The position numbers and the translations under genes were made by a program. The notes beneath the pieces are model-generated. The model made no database searches, was not told the DNA's origin, and saw nothing but the letters and a program-made list of their open reading frames with translations. 64,000 nucleotides of DNA, from the NCBI GenBank assembly GCA_964247055.1, contig OZ176052.1, positions 9,548,001 through 9,612,000 of the forward strand. Direction: 5' to 3'. Every line of letters begins with the position of its first letter. The stretch's first letter is position 1. This stretch comes from Paragordius varius (lineage: Eukaryota; Animalia; Nematomorpha). Positions 39,355-53,112 of this stretch are shown in pieces.

Positions 39355-40517
39355 ATGCAAGAAAACGGTCCCTTAGATGTTGTGAATATTCCCGCAAATG
39401 AAATGAGTAATGAAGATAATAACAAAATTGGTATTGATGTTAAGATTTCGAATATAAATGGCAAAACAAATGCATCAAACGAGCATTTAAGCAAAAGGAA
39501 GAGAAAGCATAATAGTATAAATATAATTAATAAATAGAACGTCAATGGAATCAAGAAAAAATTAAAAAGGCCTATCAATTATTAACAAAGAACACAAAAA
39601 AATCACTTAGAGAACTTGAAAATGAATTAGATATAAATCCACAAAGTATCGCTAAATTTCGTAAGAACATGGCAAATGGACAAGAGTTTATTGTGAGAAA
39701 AAAAGGACCTAAAAGTATATTAAACAATATAGAATTTCAACAATCTCTAATTGAAATAATATCATCAGAAAATAGCTTAAATCATCACCAAATTCATGAT
39801 CTGCTTTCCCCAAAATTTAAATTCTCACATAAGATTATTCCCAAATGTTTGGCCAGTCTGGGCTATGTTGACAAAAAGTTTTTCGGGAATTATGTTAATA
39901 TAAACACCCCAGAAATTATCGAAAAACGTTTTCAATATGCATATCGCGTTAAAGATATACAGATAGATAAATTGATTTTTCTAGACTTTAGAGAGGTCAC
40001 TCCCAAAAAGAGTATTAGTCACATATGGGTTCGTGAGAATGAAGAAGCCCGTTTAAAAAGCAAAGATTGCATACGATATACATGTTTAATTGACTGCAAC
40101 GGTATTGTTGCGCAAGATCTTAAACAATATCCTTATGATTCATCTTTTTATGAATTATTTATTTCAAAGTTTTTATCACAAACTACCGATGTTTTTGTAG
40201 TTTGTGATATAAATTCTATTCATCTTGATATGAGCTCAAAGTTACTTGCCAAATATATCAATCAAATAATTATATTACCGCCATATAGTCGGCAACTTAA
40301 CCCAGCGCACACATTTCTTGACAAGGTTCTTAGCAAGTTTGACGAATATAAAAGCAAGGATAGCATCGACGCTATTTCCAACGTCATGTCCGCAACGCAA
40401 TCTGTTGACACCTCTAGAATGAAAGATTTTTATAATTATTCAAACAGTATTTTGCATGATTTTGCATTACAGAAAAGAGATTTGTTGAATCATATGCGTT
40501 TCATTGATACAATATAA
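39355..40517 (+). CDS. IS630/Tc1/mariner-derived protein of 379 aa, probably a domesticated transposase (2 exons)
   Basis: A 23-nt GT-AG intron (39515-39537) joins the 60-aa and 282-aa ORFs in frame. It has NLS-like KRKRK, two HTH-like segments, and a DDE_3-like core LIFLD...VVCDINSIH...LPPYSRQLNPAH. No TIRs seen. Confidence 0.8.
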
Positions 40518-42236
40518 TAATTAATATATGCATGCCTAAATATTGTTTTGCATGTTTATTTAACTGTAAATAAATTAAATATCTAATTTTTACCATTTGA
40601 ATCAATGAATTTAAACCACCGCCTTATAAATGCTTTTTAATGGCCCTAATTATTAATAAAAAAATCTCTTTATTTTTAGTATAAATATCTGCAAATGTGT
40701 CAAACAGGTATAAAATTTTTATCGGTATTTTATGGTGATGGCTCTTCTGATAAAATTAATCTTTTTGCGGTTCCTTAAAATTTTTTTGTGACTAACACTG
40801 AGAAGTTTTAGTATAAAAGAAGCAGCCTTTATAGCTACCCTTCTAAATATCAGTTTTTTAAACCAGGCCAAATATTGTGGTATCCGAAACCAAGTTGGTT
40901 TTCAAAAAGTTGAAAACCGCAAGGGTGGTTTTGAAATTTAGAATTCTGGATCAAGTTGACTCTTGGAAATATGAAGCGAGGTACTTCAAAAATATTAAGA
41001 TGTTTCGACACTTGTTTGAAATTTGAAGCCGGTATCTAAATTGGTTTCTGATTTCTTATATTTTATGGTCAAAACATATTTTGTTTATGACATTTAGGAG
41101 CAAGTAAGAATAGTTTTTGGAAGGTATGAAAGAATCGCTTGTAAATCAACACAAATATTTTAATAGATATAAGAAATTTTTATGTTTATAAGTTAATGGC
41201 CTAACCATTATAAAAATATACGTATATATTATATTTTAATATTGAGTTTTAAAAATTTTATTTAAGTCGGTTTTATAAAATCTGAATATAAAATTAAGAG
41301 TGAAGAGCTCGGTTGAATATATACCTCCGAATAAAGAATAAAAAATATTCATCCTGCCAACATCATAATTTTGACCAAATTTTAAAATTAAGTGTAATCT
41401 CGTATATCCACAACTCATTAAAATATTGGCAGACGTAGAAACAGCGTCGCAACTATTTACTTCGTATATAAATTAAAAAATAAATTTTTGTTGTACGCAT
41501 ATTAAAATTTAGTTATTACAAATCTCAAATCTAATCTATGCTGCGATATTTTTTCAACATTTTTACAATTTTTTTTTTGAAAGAAGGCAGAAGGGAATAC
41601 CCACATATTTTGAAACAGGAAGCAAATCGGTTCTACTCGGCTGGGACCAGATTTTCAAAAAGTAGAAAACGAAACTCCGGTGGGTTTTTATAGTTTTGGA
41701 AAACCCAATATGTCGTGGTGTCAATCTCTTAGTTGAAATCCAACCGGCTCCTGATTCCAGGTGGTTCTTTTCAAAGCTCTGCTAAATATCGAATTTCTTA
41801 TAGCGACTCTTATGGGGATCAAAAAATCTCCAGCTGATAAGAGTTTCAAAATGTTTTATTGGAGCTAGTTCACATTGTAACGGTTTTAGCAGCGGTTCCT
41901 TAGAAATTAAATCCACATCTTAAAACAATAGCTTAATGCATGTAAGTCAAGAAATTTTATAATTAATCTACATGTTTTCCAATTTAAATATAATACTCCC
42001 TTTTCCATTAGAACTTTTTACCAAAACTTTAAAAAATATACCTTTTGGTCGAATTCCTGGATATAATTTAAATTTAATAAATCATGGAAACGACTTATAA
42101 CTCATAATGATTCCTAACTGCAAGAGCCGTATTTTGTGTTAGGTCATTCGGTCCTGTGCGATTTGCGAATATAAAACCGATGTTCGGTGCAGTTTGAGCG
42201 CGTTCCGATCATACACCCGATTATTATAGTATAATA

Positions 42237-43614
42237 TAATGTGACCAGATATTTTGAACTTAAACGCAATACAAAATTAGAATACTTTCCCTGTTTTTCC
42301 ACCATCGGTGTGGTGTATTATACAGTCTCCTCAAAAAAATATCCTGATGTATGATATATATTATGATAGGAAAATATCAGGATTATCATGGTGCTTTCGG
42401 TTTTAACCTTTACGAGTTATTAAAGAAAGTTATTTACGCTTTTGTGGCAAGTGCTCCGTATATTGCAAAGGGTGCGCAATTTTTTTAAATATATTTTTTG
42501 GTAGGTGATAAATATTTTATTTCAAAAAATATTACTTAAATATAATATAAATACTACATATCAAAAGCAATATTTTTAAAAATTATCAATTTTTAGATTT
42601 GGGGTCTGAAAGTACCAAGTTTTTTGACTTTTTTAAAATGGACTGTTCTCTTAAAAACGCGAAATTCCGACATTGTGCAATAATTTTAAATATATGCTAA
42701 ACGGTTGAGATATTATAACACTTTATATATAATTCGATGATGCTAATTTCATCAGAATTTTGATTAAAATATTCGTTAGTTTTCAAATTTATGTTAAATA
42801 AAAATTGTGTTTTTTTAATTCACCAAAATTTGCAAGCAAACAATCCTTTGAATAAATTCAAAAGGGTTTTATTATATTTTGAAGCGATACCGTTTCCATC
42901 ATGCATCAAAATCGTTTGAAGAGCGCTTCAACAAAATATCTCAAATTTGTTTATGTAAAATAAGAAAAAAAACTAATAAAAATTAAAGTAGGAAAATAAA
43001 AAAGAAATATCATACCTCCCACCTAATGAGTATAGAAAACGTAAAAAACTCTTAATTTTTAAATACGAAAACAGGTTATTTCGAAATCATATGCCATATA
43101 TAATAAATTTTAAATAATATGTTACGGGAATAACATCTATATAATTTTCCGTTTGATAATTATAACAAAAAATGAACAAACCTGATCAAACATTTATTAA
43201 ACTATCTTCAATTAATTTTGTAAATTTTAAATTTTGGGGCACTCTTTTTGCAGAAGCCTGAGTGAAAGAGCCTTTATCCTGAATACGTTGTGGAGTCCGA
43301 GATTAATAATTTCACTGCGCGAAAAGCTGCAATCCTAAGTTTTATGTATAATTCGAGCAGAAAATAAAATATTCACCAATTAAAAATAAACCAATCCTAG
43401 TTTTTTACCGCAAAAGAAACCATTTCTCTACAGATTATGGGGTTATTTTTACAGAGGGTACTATATCACTAAAATATTTTTTGAATAAATAAAAGGTACT
43501 TTCATAAGTTTTTTTTTAATTCAAAAAGCAGTACAAAAGTTGCAGTACAGCCGCAGTTTTATTCTGAAAATCCAGTACTGTATACTGCGAAAAACAGCCC
43601 ATCTGGTCACATTA
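42237..43614 (+). mobile_element. Family B non-autonomous hAT element, second copy
   Basis: Same TIR as 37791-39108 and collinear interior. TTATAGTA occurs on both flanks, with 5 extra bases (TAATA) on the left. Confidence 0.85.
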
Positions 43615-43709
43615 TTATAGTAAAAACATAATATAATAATTGTTTCATTTTAAGGCCTTATTTATTTGCTATATACACGAGGACTATATTAAATAATAAT
43701 TAACATATA

Positions 43710-43790
43710 TACCATTTGCACTTCCAGAGTTTCCTTAAACAGTTCAAGTTAGTACTTAAAAATTTTTGGGTTTGAGTATTACCGATTTTT
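43710..43790 (+). mobile_element. FB-1 left-terminus fragment
   Basis: TA followed by TACCATTTGCACTTCCAGAGTTTCCTTAAACAGTTCAAGTTAGT, matching the 51741 terminus. Confidence 0.55.
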
Positions 43791-43909
43791 TATATTTTGA
43801 TCTTTTATCTTTATTATATTTAGTTTTTTCATTCCAAATTAGTTTCCATTAAAAACAATTTTTTGTTTTGAACTATTTTTTTCCAAAACATTATTAACCT
43901 ATTAATATA

Positions 43910-46752
43910 TACCATTTTTCATGCAAAAACATCATTTTTTCAACCAAATGCAACATTTTTTCAACCAAACTCAACATTTTTTCAAGCAAACGCAACATTT
44001 TTTCAAGCAAAGACAACATTTTTTTGAGCAAACGCAACATTTTTTCAAGCAAAGACAACAATTTTTCAAGCAAACGCAACATTTTTTCAAGCAAAAGCAA
44101 CATTTTTTTATCCAAACACAACATTTTTTCAACCAAAGACAACATTTTTTCAAGCAAACGCAACATTTTTTCAAGCAAAGACAACTTTTTTCGAGCAAAC
44201 GCAACATTTTTTCAAGCAAAGACAACAATTTTTCAAGCAAACGCAACATTTTTTCAAGAAAAGCAACATTTTTTTATCCAAACACAACATTTTTTCAAGC
44301 AAAGACAACAATTTTTCAAGCAAACGCAACATTTTTTCAAGCAAAAGCAACATTTTTTTTATCCAAACACAACATTTTTTCAACCAAAGACAACATTTTT
44401 TCAAGCAAAAACAACAATTTTTAAAAAAATAAAAACCCTTTTTTTTATTTTAAGACATATTAAATTAAAGTTAATGTAAATTAATTTTAACGTAGAATTA
44501 TGATTTTTATTGTTTTATCATCAATAGATGGTGTGATTGATTTTCAAACATTTTAATTTAGCCCAAAAATTGCATTATTTATTTATATTATTTATTTTTT
44601 TCTTTTACAATTTAAGTTTCACCTAATCAGTCTATACTGCGCTTCAAGATTGTTCTTTCACATTTAAACTTAGTCCTAGAACACTTCAAGTTGATCCTTC
44701 AATATTTAATTTTGATTTTAACGTTTATTAATGAGGCAATAAAATATTCATTATTCAATCATTTAAACCTATTTTTTTATTTAACCTAAACCTTTAAGTG
44801 ATTACATTTCTTTCATAAGAACCGTAAATCCTTATTATTTTTCTATAAATTAATATCAAAAAATATCTATTATTGATGGTAATATTTAGTTTAAAACAAT
44901 AATAAATTTATAATATTGATAAATTAAAGAAAATTTTCAAACAAAGTTGTTTTACTATGAAAATATTAATTTTGATTCAAAAACTAATAAATAGAGATAT
45001 TAGTTTAAATTTAAAAAATAGATAATTACACACAAAAATAACGGTTGTATGGAAACTGCTATGTATTTTAAGCGAAGGATAACTTTAAATTTTTAAAGAG
45101 AGTCTTAAAGTGCAAATTGTATTGATTGATAAAAAAAATATTTATAAATAAACAATGCAATTTATGGGCTAAAAAATGTAAATCAATCATACCATCAAAT
45201 ATTGATGATATTACAATAAAATTCATAATTCTACGCTAGAATTAATTTACACTAACTTTAAATTTAATATGTCTTAAAATAAATAAATGGTTTTTTATTT
45301 TAAAAAAATTGTTGTTTTTGCTTGAAAAAATGTTGTCGTTGGTTGAAAAAATGTTGCGTTTGGATGAAATAATGTTGCCTTTGGTTGAAAAAATGTTGCG
45401 TTTGCTTGAAAAAATGTTGCGTTTGCTTGAAAAATTGTTGTTTTTGCTTGAAAAAATGTTGCGTTTGCTCGAAAAAATGTTGTCTTTGCTTGAAAAAATG
45501 TTGCGTTTGCTTGAAAAATGTTGAGTTTGGTTAAAAAAATGTTGCATTTGGTTGAAAAAAAGATGTTTTTGCATAAAATTTTCAACCAAACTCAAAATTT
45601 TTACCAAACTCAAATTTTTTTCAAGCAAACGCAACATTTTTTCAACCAAAGACAACATTTTTTCAAGCAAAAACAACATTTTTTTAAGATAAAACCATTT
45701 TTTTTTATTTTAAGACATATTAAATTTAAAGTTAATGTAAATTAATTTTAGCGTAGAATTATGAATTTTATTGTTTTATCATCAATATTTGATGGTATGA
45801 TTGATTTCAAACATTTTAATTTAGCCCATAAATTGCATTATTTATTTATAAATATTTTTTTATCAATCAATACAATTTGCCCTTTAAGACTCTCTTTAAA
45901 AATTAAAGTTATCCTTCGCCTAAAATTCCTTACATTTTTTGCAGTTTCCATACAACCGTTATTTTTGTTAATTATCTATTTTTTAAATTTAAACTAATAT
46001 CTCTATTTATTAGTATTTTTTGAATCAAAATTAATATTTTCATAGTAAAACAACTTTGTTTTATTTTTTTTATCAATATTACAAATTTATTATTGTTTTT
46101 AACCAAATATTACCATCAATAACCCACACGTAGATATTTTTTAATATTAATTTATAGAATATAATAAGGATATACGGTTCTTATGAAAGAAATGTATTCA
46201 CTTAAAGGTAAAGGTTAAATAAAAAAATAGGTTTAAATGATTGAATAATGAATATTTTATTGCCTCATTAATAAGCGTTAGAATCAAAATTAAGATATTG
46301 AAGGATCTACTTTAAGTGTTCTGGGACTAAGTTAAAATTTAAAAGAACAATCTTGAAGCGCAGTAGAGATTGATTAGGTGACTTAAGTTGTAAAAGAAAA
46401 AAATTATTATAATAAATAAATAATGCATTTTATGGGCTAAATTAAAATGTTTAAAAATCAATCATACCATCAAATATTGATGATAAAACAATAAAAATCA
46501 TAATACTACGCTGAAATTAATTTACATTAACTTTAAATTTAATGTCTTAAAATAAAAAAAATGGTTTTTTATTTTAAAAAAATGTTGTTTTTGCTTGAAA
46601 AAATGTTGTCTTTGGTTAAAAAAATGTTGCGTTTGGATGAAAAAATTTTGTCTTTGGTTAAAAAATGTTGCATTTGCTTGAAATAATGTTGAGTTTGGTT
46701 GAATAAATGTTGCATTTGGTTGAAAATATGATGTTTTGCATGAAAAATGGTA
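43910..46752. mobile_element. Compound foldback element FB-3: a 2.84-kb palindrome with four 21-bp tandem arrays
   Basis: Termini TACCATTTTTCATGCAAAA/TTTTGCATGAAAAATGGTA flanked by TA. Unit TTTTTTCAAGCAAACGCAACA (variant AAAGACAACA). 44420-45300 is the reverse complement of 45680-46560. Confidence 0.85.
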
Positions 46753-46884
46753 TATTAATGACGAATTGAAATAATTAACCCACAATTAAATATTTATTAA
46801 TTAATTTTAAAAAAAATAAAAAATACGGTTTTTTTTATGAAAAGTTGATACTGATTTAAAAGTGGCTAAGTTGATAGGATAGAT

Positions 46885-49318
46885 CAGTGATACTCAAACC
46901 GCGGCCCTAAGAGTGCCTCAAAATTGCCCTATGACCATATTGATACTTATATTATTTTTTAACACACAAACGAATTTTCGATTATTTTAATATTAATTTA
47001 TTTTTTTAGATTTAATTTTGGTAATTTTTATTTTTTACCCAATTCGAAATGTAGAAAAATTTCCCTACATTAAAATAATTTCATAATTTTGGCACACGTT
47101 GTTTCTGTTTCTGTATTCTATTTTCTTTTCTATAAATTTTTATTGCATTCCTTTTTTGTATTTAAGCAAGCCTTTCACCCAAACTTGCATATACATAATC
47201 TTTTCATAGCTATCCTGCCTCATTTTTTATAACTCATTCCCATAAAATTTTCAAATAAACATCATTAAATTTCAACTTGTTTTTTTATAGCGTAATTCAA
47301 ATTATATTTCTATGTTTTGAAAAAATTTACATAATATTTAAACATAAATTTAAAGGATGACATCTAATGCTCAAAAACGTAAATTATCCGATAAAAATCG
47401 CCCTTTAAAAAAGAATGGGAAGAAATATTCTTTGTCGTTGAAAATAAAAATGTTGTTACCTGCCTTTGTAAGGACAACATAATTATAAAAAAATACAATA
47501 TTGAAAGAATTCAACCATTTTTCTCATAAATTACCAGAAAATCATGAGGAAAAACGACAAATATAAAAAGATTAAGGAATTATACCAGAAAGGAAAATCT
47601 ATTATGTCCATAGCTTTCACCAAGGAAAAAGTTGTATAATTAGCTTCGTATAAAATATGTTATATTTTAGGAAAAAATATGAAATCGTTTACTGATTTCC
47701 AACTAAGAGAATGTTTAATAAATGGTTGCACTTTATATAAAATAAATCATGAGGCAAATTAAAAAACTTCAACTTTCTGGAACATGTGCTCGACGCATTG
47801 AAGATATGTCTAAATATATTTTTAACAATACATTATTGGCTCTGAAAAACTGCAAATATTTTAGTAACGCTATTGATTTTAGCACTGATATTAGTACAAC
47901 ACCTCAATGTGTGCTCTTCGTAAGATTTTGCAACGACAACATAAGCAACGATAAATAATAAAAATTTTTATCAATGAATAATACCACGAAAGGAAGTGAT
48001 TTTCTCGAAATAATCAACACTTTTTTCGATAATAATGGTATATCTATGAAAAATTGGTTTCGATGTGCACAGATGGCTGTCCCTCTATGAATGGAATAAT
48101 CAAAGGATATATTCCTCTTTTGAAAAACAAATATAATTTACAAAATATTTTATCCTTTCACTGCTTTATTCACCAAACTTGGTTTCGCCTGTAAAAGATG
48201 AATCACTCAATTCAGTAATTAAAACGCTTGTGGATATAGTTAACCACATCCGTGGCAGATAATTCAACCGCCGTAAATTCAAAAACCTTCTAAAGGATTT
48301 CCACAGTGAGTTTGATTATATTCTTTTGTACACCGCTGTGAGATGGTTAAGCCTTAGCAAAGTATTAAATAGATTTTTTGTTTTAAGACATGAAATTCTA
48401 TTATTTAAAAAAGATAACAGAAAGTTTGACGAGGAAATTAATAATGACATATAGTGGGTTTTATTAGCCTATTTTGCGACATTACTTTTAAACTTTTTTA
48501 ATATGTCGTCAAGGAGGCAAAATAACCCAATTTGCTAATGAAATATCTTTAAAAAATTAATAATATAAACTAGATTTTATAAATAAACACTCCTATATTT
48601 TCCAACACTTAAAACGATTCATGAAGAAAATATGGAATTTACCGCGGAGATAAATTTAATAATAGATCAACTAACATTTTATCTAATGAGATGTAATTTA
48701 GATTATAATTAAGATATATTAAAAATTGCTTAAAACTCGTTATAAATCCTGGCATATGGATATATTCAATATTAAACAACTTGAGCATTTCGGTTTTGAT
48801 CAGACTTCGTAGGTTTTAGAAATTCCAATTTGGATATTCAAAGAGAATCGTAGAGAAGAAAGATATGTAGAGTTTTGGCAAGATGTGCCAAATAAATATG
48901 AAAATATAAAAAAATGTGCTCAAGTTATCCTAACTCTTTTTCCCTCAACTTATACGTGCGACACGTCATATTCAAAAATAAAATATGTCAAAATACATAC
49001 AGAACTGCTTAACCGATGATCATATGGATGACGTATTAAGATTGGCCTATCATGAGGTGAAACCAAATTTGTCAAAAAAATATTGGTTAATATCGAAATA
49101 AAAATTGTTATCAAAATATTTTAATTTTTTAAACTAAATGGTCCAGTTTTTAGCTGGATTTACATGCGATCCGCAAAAAATTCATTGTGCTGATTTGGAG
49201 TATAAATATGTGCTTATGTGTTCAATAGCTATGGAATATTTGCCATTATAAGATTCATGGCCCTCGAATAAAAATATATTTTATTTGGCCCGTCAAATTT
49301 TTTTGGTTAGTACCACTG
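46885..49318 (+). mobile_element. hAT (Buster/Charlie-type) transposon with a pseudogenised transposase
   Basis: TIRs CAGTGATACTCAAACC/GGTTAGTACCACTG and identical 8-bp TSD GGATAGAT. Fragments from about 47357-49050 (EWEEIFFVV, QCVLFVRF, TDGCPSM, HCFIHQ, VRWLS, FPSTYTCDTSYS) are broken. Confidence 0.92.
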
Positions 49319-49992
49319 GGATAGATATATAATACATGGTTTGATCAATAAATTTGAAATATTTGAAACAAAATAAATATGCTCATATCTTGAAAAATTA
49401 AGGGATTAGCAAGTTTTAAGGGGCTGCTTTGAAGTATTAAAGGATCTTCTTCAAGTGAAAATGGGATATTTTATAATAATATAGTTTTTATATCAGACTT
49501 AATTTTATAATTTTAAAGAGACAAAATCCTGTATTAAAACTCATAATTAAAGCTATAAACATTTTTTTACGAATGAAGTATGTTAAGCCATGTTTTTGTT
49601 TAAGTCCATGGGTTAACTCATGATATTTTTAAATTATGCTTCCAAGGCTTTCTCTAGGATAGATATATAATACATGGTTTGATCAATAAATTTGAAATAT
49701 TTGAAACAAAATAAATATGCTCATATCTTGAAAAATTAAGGGATTAGCAAGTTTTAAGGGGCTGCTTTGAAGTATTAAAGGATCTTCTTCAAGTGAAAAT
49801 GGGATATTTTATAATAATATAGTTTTTATATCAGATTTAATTTTATAATTTTAAAGATACAAATCCTGTATTAAAACTCATAATTAAAGCTATAAACATT
49901 TTTTATGAATGAAGTATGTTAAGCCATGTTTTTGTTTAAGTCCATGGGTTAACTCATGATATTTTTAAATTATGCTTCCAAGGCTTTCTCTA
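49319..49992 (+). repeat. Near-perfect tandem duplication of a 338-bp segment starting at the hAT TSD
   Basis: Copy 1 is 49319-49656 and copy 2 is 49657-49992. Both begin GGATAGAT and differ at about 5 positions. Confidence 0.92.
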
Positions 49993-50719
49993 ATTTTATC
50001 GCAAAAATTAATTCGACATTTTCTTTATATAATGACACGCGACAGGACACAACTAATTTGCTATTTTTTTAATTGTAATTTTTTAAGATAAATATTTATA
50101 TATAGATGAGTTTTGCAGGTCGTTTAAATCAATATCTATAATGGTTTAGAAATTTGTCATTAAAATTCATACTATTCGAATCAGCTCGATTATTAGATCC
50201 CATCTTTGTATGGCAAGCATCAAAATGAAAAAACCCCACTATTAATGTTCTGCAAAATGTTTGAAACCATTTGTATATTAAAATGTAGAATGCCTGGTTT
50301 TTAAAAATATTATAGTTACACTCAAAAAATAATATTTATTATTAATTTATAATAGGCGAGCGTAGTACCACTTTTTCATAAGGCTCATTCAGCTGCTTAC
50401 ACGTTAAATGACGTTTTTCTCAAAAAATAAAATAAATATCTTATAGGCATTTGTGAAAACTTGTGTGAACATACTAATTTAATTATAGACCTTTCTCGTA
50501 TGAATGCAACTTTGTTAACCTCTTTTTTAAATTAGCACATAGATAAAATCCCACCCTTATATAAATAACGTGGTTGGAAGCACCTTTTCAAAAACCTTTT
50601 GTAGATTTATTAATGATGATTTTTAACCCTTCTCACACACCGGGGGAGGGACGTGGCTATCTAGGTGGCTAATTCAAAAGTGCGATAACGCTCGAAGATT
50701 TGACTTTAAATTTGAAGGA

Positions 50720-52720
50720 AAATAGATAGCAAAGAATTTTAATGACCAAGGAAAGACTACAAGGAGTTGAATTAATAATGCTTGGAAGTTGAAAAAAAAC
50801 ATGATATTTTTTTACAGCCAATGTTTCAGAGACTGAAGCAAATAATTCACAAACCCCATATATCATCCCAAAGGAATACCGAATGGCATACTTTTGTGGA
50901 AACAAACAGAAGTAATTGAAAACTGGAGGGATTCACCCAAAAAATTTATCACACCTCAAACAATCAGTTTACTAAAAAAGGAACGTAATCCACATATAGT
51001 AAGAGAGTAGAAAGCTTTAAAACAAATTCATAACAATAAAGCAATAAATATCCCAAAAAAGTTTGTAACATCTATTCCTATAAAAACGTGATACTTATGC
51101 TAAAAAGTTTGGGGAACATGTGAGTGGCCGAAAAATTGGGCATCATCTTTATCTTCCAATATACAAAAATGGTGTATCACAGTGTGAAAATTAAATCATA
51201 GCATTATCCGTGATAGTAAGGTCGCGTTAAAACTATTACTAAACAGGATTCACAATATTATACTGTCAGAAATACCAGAAAATTAGGGCCGGATTTATGA
51301 AGGAAAAAAGCACAAGTCGTATATAAACATGAGAGTAATAGTGGAAGCATCTAGATAGTTTCAGAATGATTTATATTGTTTTACCAATTACAACAAGCTT
51401 TATATTCGATTTATGATTCGTTAGAAAGTGACAATTGACATCGTCGCAGTTAATAAGATTGATTATTTCATTATATACAGAACAAACAGCAATTATACGA
51501 ACAACAATAGAAGACACAAAAATATATCGAACAAGGGGTCAGACAAGGGTATTGCTTACCCCCTTATCTGTTCAAAATTGCACAGGAATGATTATGAGAA
51601 AGTTATATGATAAAAGTATTGGAGGAATAGGAAGAAGAACGATCAATAATTGAAGGTTTGCAGACGATACCACCCTTATAGCAGAAAGTGTAATCGATGA
51701 AAATTTGAGTTATAGTTTTATTTTACCTAAAACTTAAATATACCATTTGCAATTCAAGAGTGTCCTCAAGTTGGTCTTTGAAGACTTCAAGTTGGCCCTT
51801 GAACAATTCAAGTTGGTCCTTAAACATTTAAACTTGGTCCTTTGACTTTTTTGTTTTGCTTTTAACTTTTTCTATCAAATCGTATATCATTCATCTATTT
51901 TATCTTTTATAACCTATTTTCAATTATTTAACATTTTAATAATTGAAAATAGTTTATAAATGATAAAATAAATCAATGATTTAAGATTTAATTGATAAAA
52001 GTTAAAAACAAAACAAAAAAGTCAAATTACCAACTTGCAGTGTTCAAGGACCAACTCGGAGTGTTCAAGGATCAACTTGAAGTGTTTAAGGACCAACTTG
52101 AAATGTTCAAGGTCCAACTTGAAAAGGACACTCTTGAAGTGCAAATGGTATAAGCACCTCAGAGCATACGATTGTTAAAGATGGGGTTGAAACAGAACTA
52201 GTTAATCAATTAACATTTTTGGGTGATCGAATTTTCCAGGAATCGTCGACTTTAATAGGCGACGACCAAACTAGTAATTAAAGAGCAAAAGTATAGGAGT
52301 TAAAGCAAAAACAAAATTATTCAATTGTTTTGTTTTCCAGTTACCACATCAGGGCGTGAGAGCTGGTTTTTAAAAAAGAGACAATGAAAATATCCCTTTT
52401 TAAAGGAGGTGTTGGCCTAGGATACTTGGATAAACATGGAAATACAAAATTAATAATGAAAATTATAATACACACATAAATCCTAAAAACAAATACTTAG
52501 AGATAATTTAGAAAAGAATGTTATCTATTTTGGTCGTGTGTGGTCCAATTTTTTAGAGAAAGACAAAATAATTGGCAAGTGAAAAGAGAAAACAAGGCCG
52601 ACCACAGATGAAGTGGTTGGATATGTTAAAAGAGACTAAGATGTCATTGAAAGATTTGAATGTAGCGGTAAACGATAGAAGTGGATATCAATAGTGCAGA
52701 CCATATCCAAAAAGCATTAA
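50720..52720 (+). mobile_element. Degenerate RTE-clade LINE (non-LTR retrotransposon)
   Basis: Fragments QGVRQG..L.P.LF, GG..RTINN..FADDTTLIAES, KT.IS...IVKDGVETELVNQLTFLG, GRESW and C-terminal GRP..KWLD...NDRSG. Many stops. The 5' boundary is approximate. Confidence 0.8.
51741..52150. mobile_element. Foldback MITE FB-1, complete, inserted in the LINE
   Basis: TA|TACCATTTGC...GCAAATGGTA|TA with inverted arms of the 21-bp unit TTCAAGTTGGTCCTTGAACAC. Confidence 0.88.
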
Positions 52721-53112
52721 CTAAGGAATTAAAAAAGGTTTAAAGAGAAAAAAATGGGGCAAAAAATACTGAGGTGCGTTTTTCATACATTTTTATACAA
52801 AATATTGGGAAGCATGCGCCTAAAAAGCTAAAAAAGCCGCTTTTTAAATTTGGCCCACTCCCCTAAATACTTTTGGATATATCAATTTTAAATCATTTTG
52901 GGAAATGAAGATACTAAGGTAGTTGCATTGGCAAACTGGTCATAACTAGACAAGTTATTATCCATAAAGTTTGGAATATGTATTTAACATAATACTTGAC
53001 GAATAATGTAGATCAAGACTTTGGAAAGATATTTAAATAATAATCATGATTAAAATCAGGTTAAACAAATATTTGAAGCAGTTTGGTTACTAATTGCCAA
53101 AAAGGTTTAAAC

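Noticed and set aside
40800-42200. GC-richer region rich in AAAACC/GGTTTT motifs downstream of the DDE gene
   Set aside because: No termini, TSD, ORF or RNA structure could be defined. Likely old repeat debris.
43920-44420. CRISPR-like or other spacer array
   Set aside because: The units are contiguous with no unique spacers, the context is eukaryotic, and there are no cas genes.
43894-46785. ORFs with heptad-like repeats (MLRLLEK, QHFFKQT, KKCC)
   Set aside because: They are translations of the 21-bp FB-3 arrays. They are open in several frames on both strands, so they are not a coiled-coil gene.
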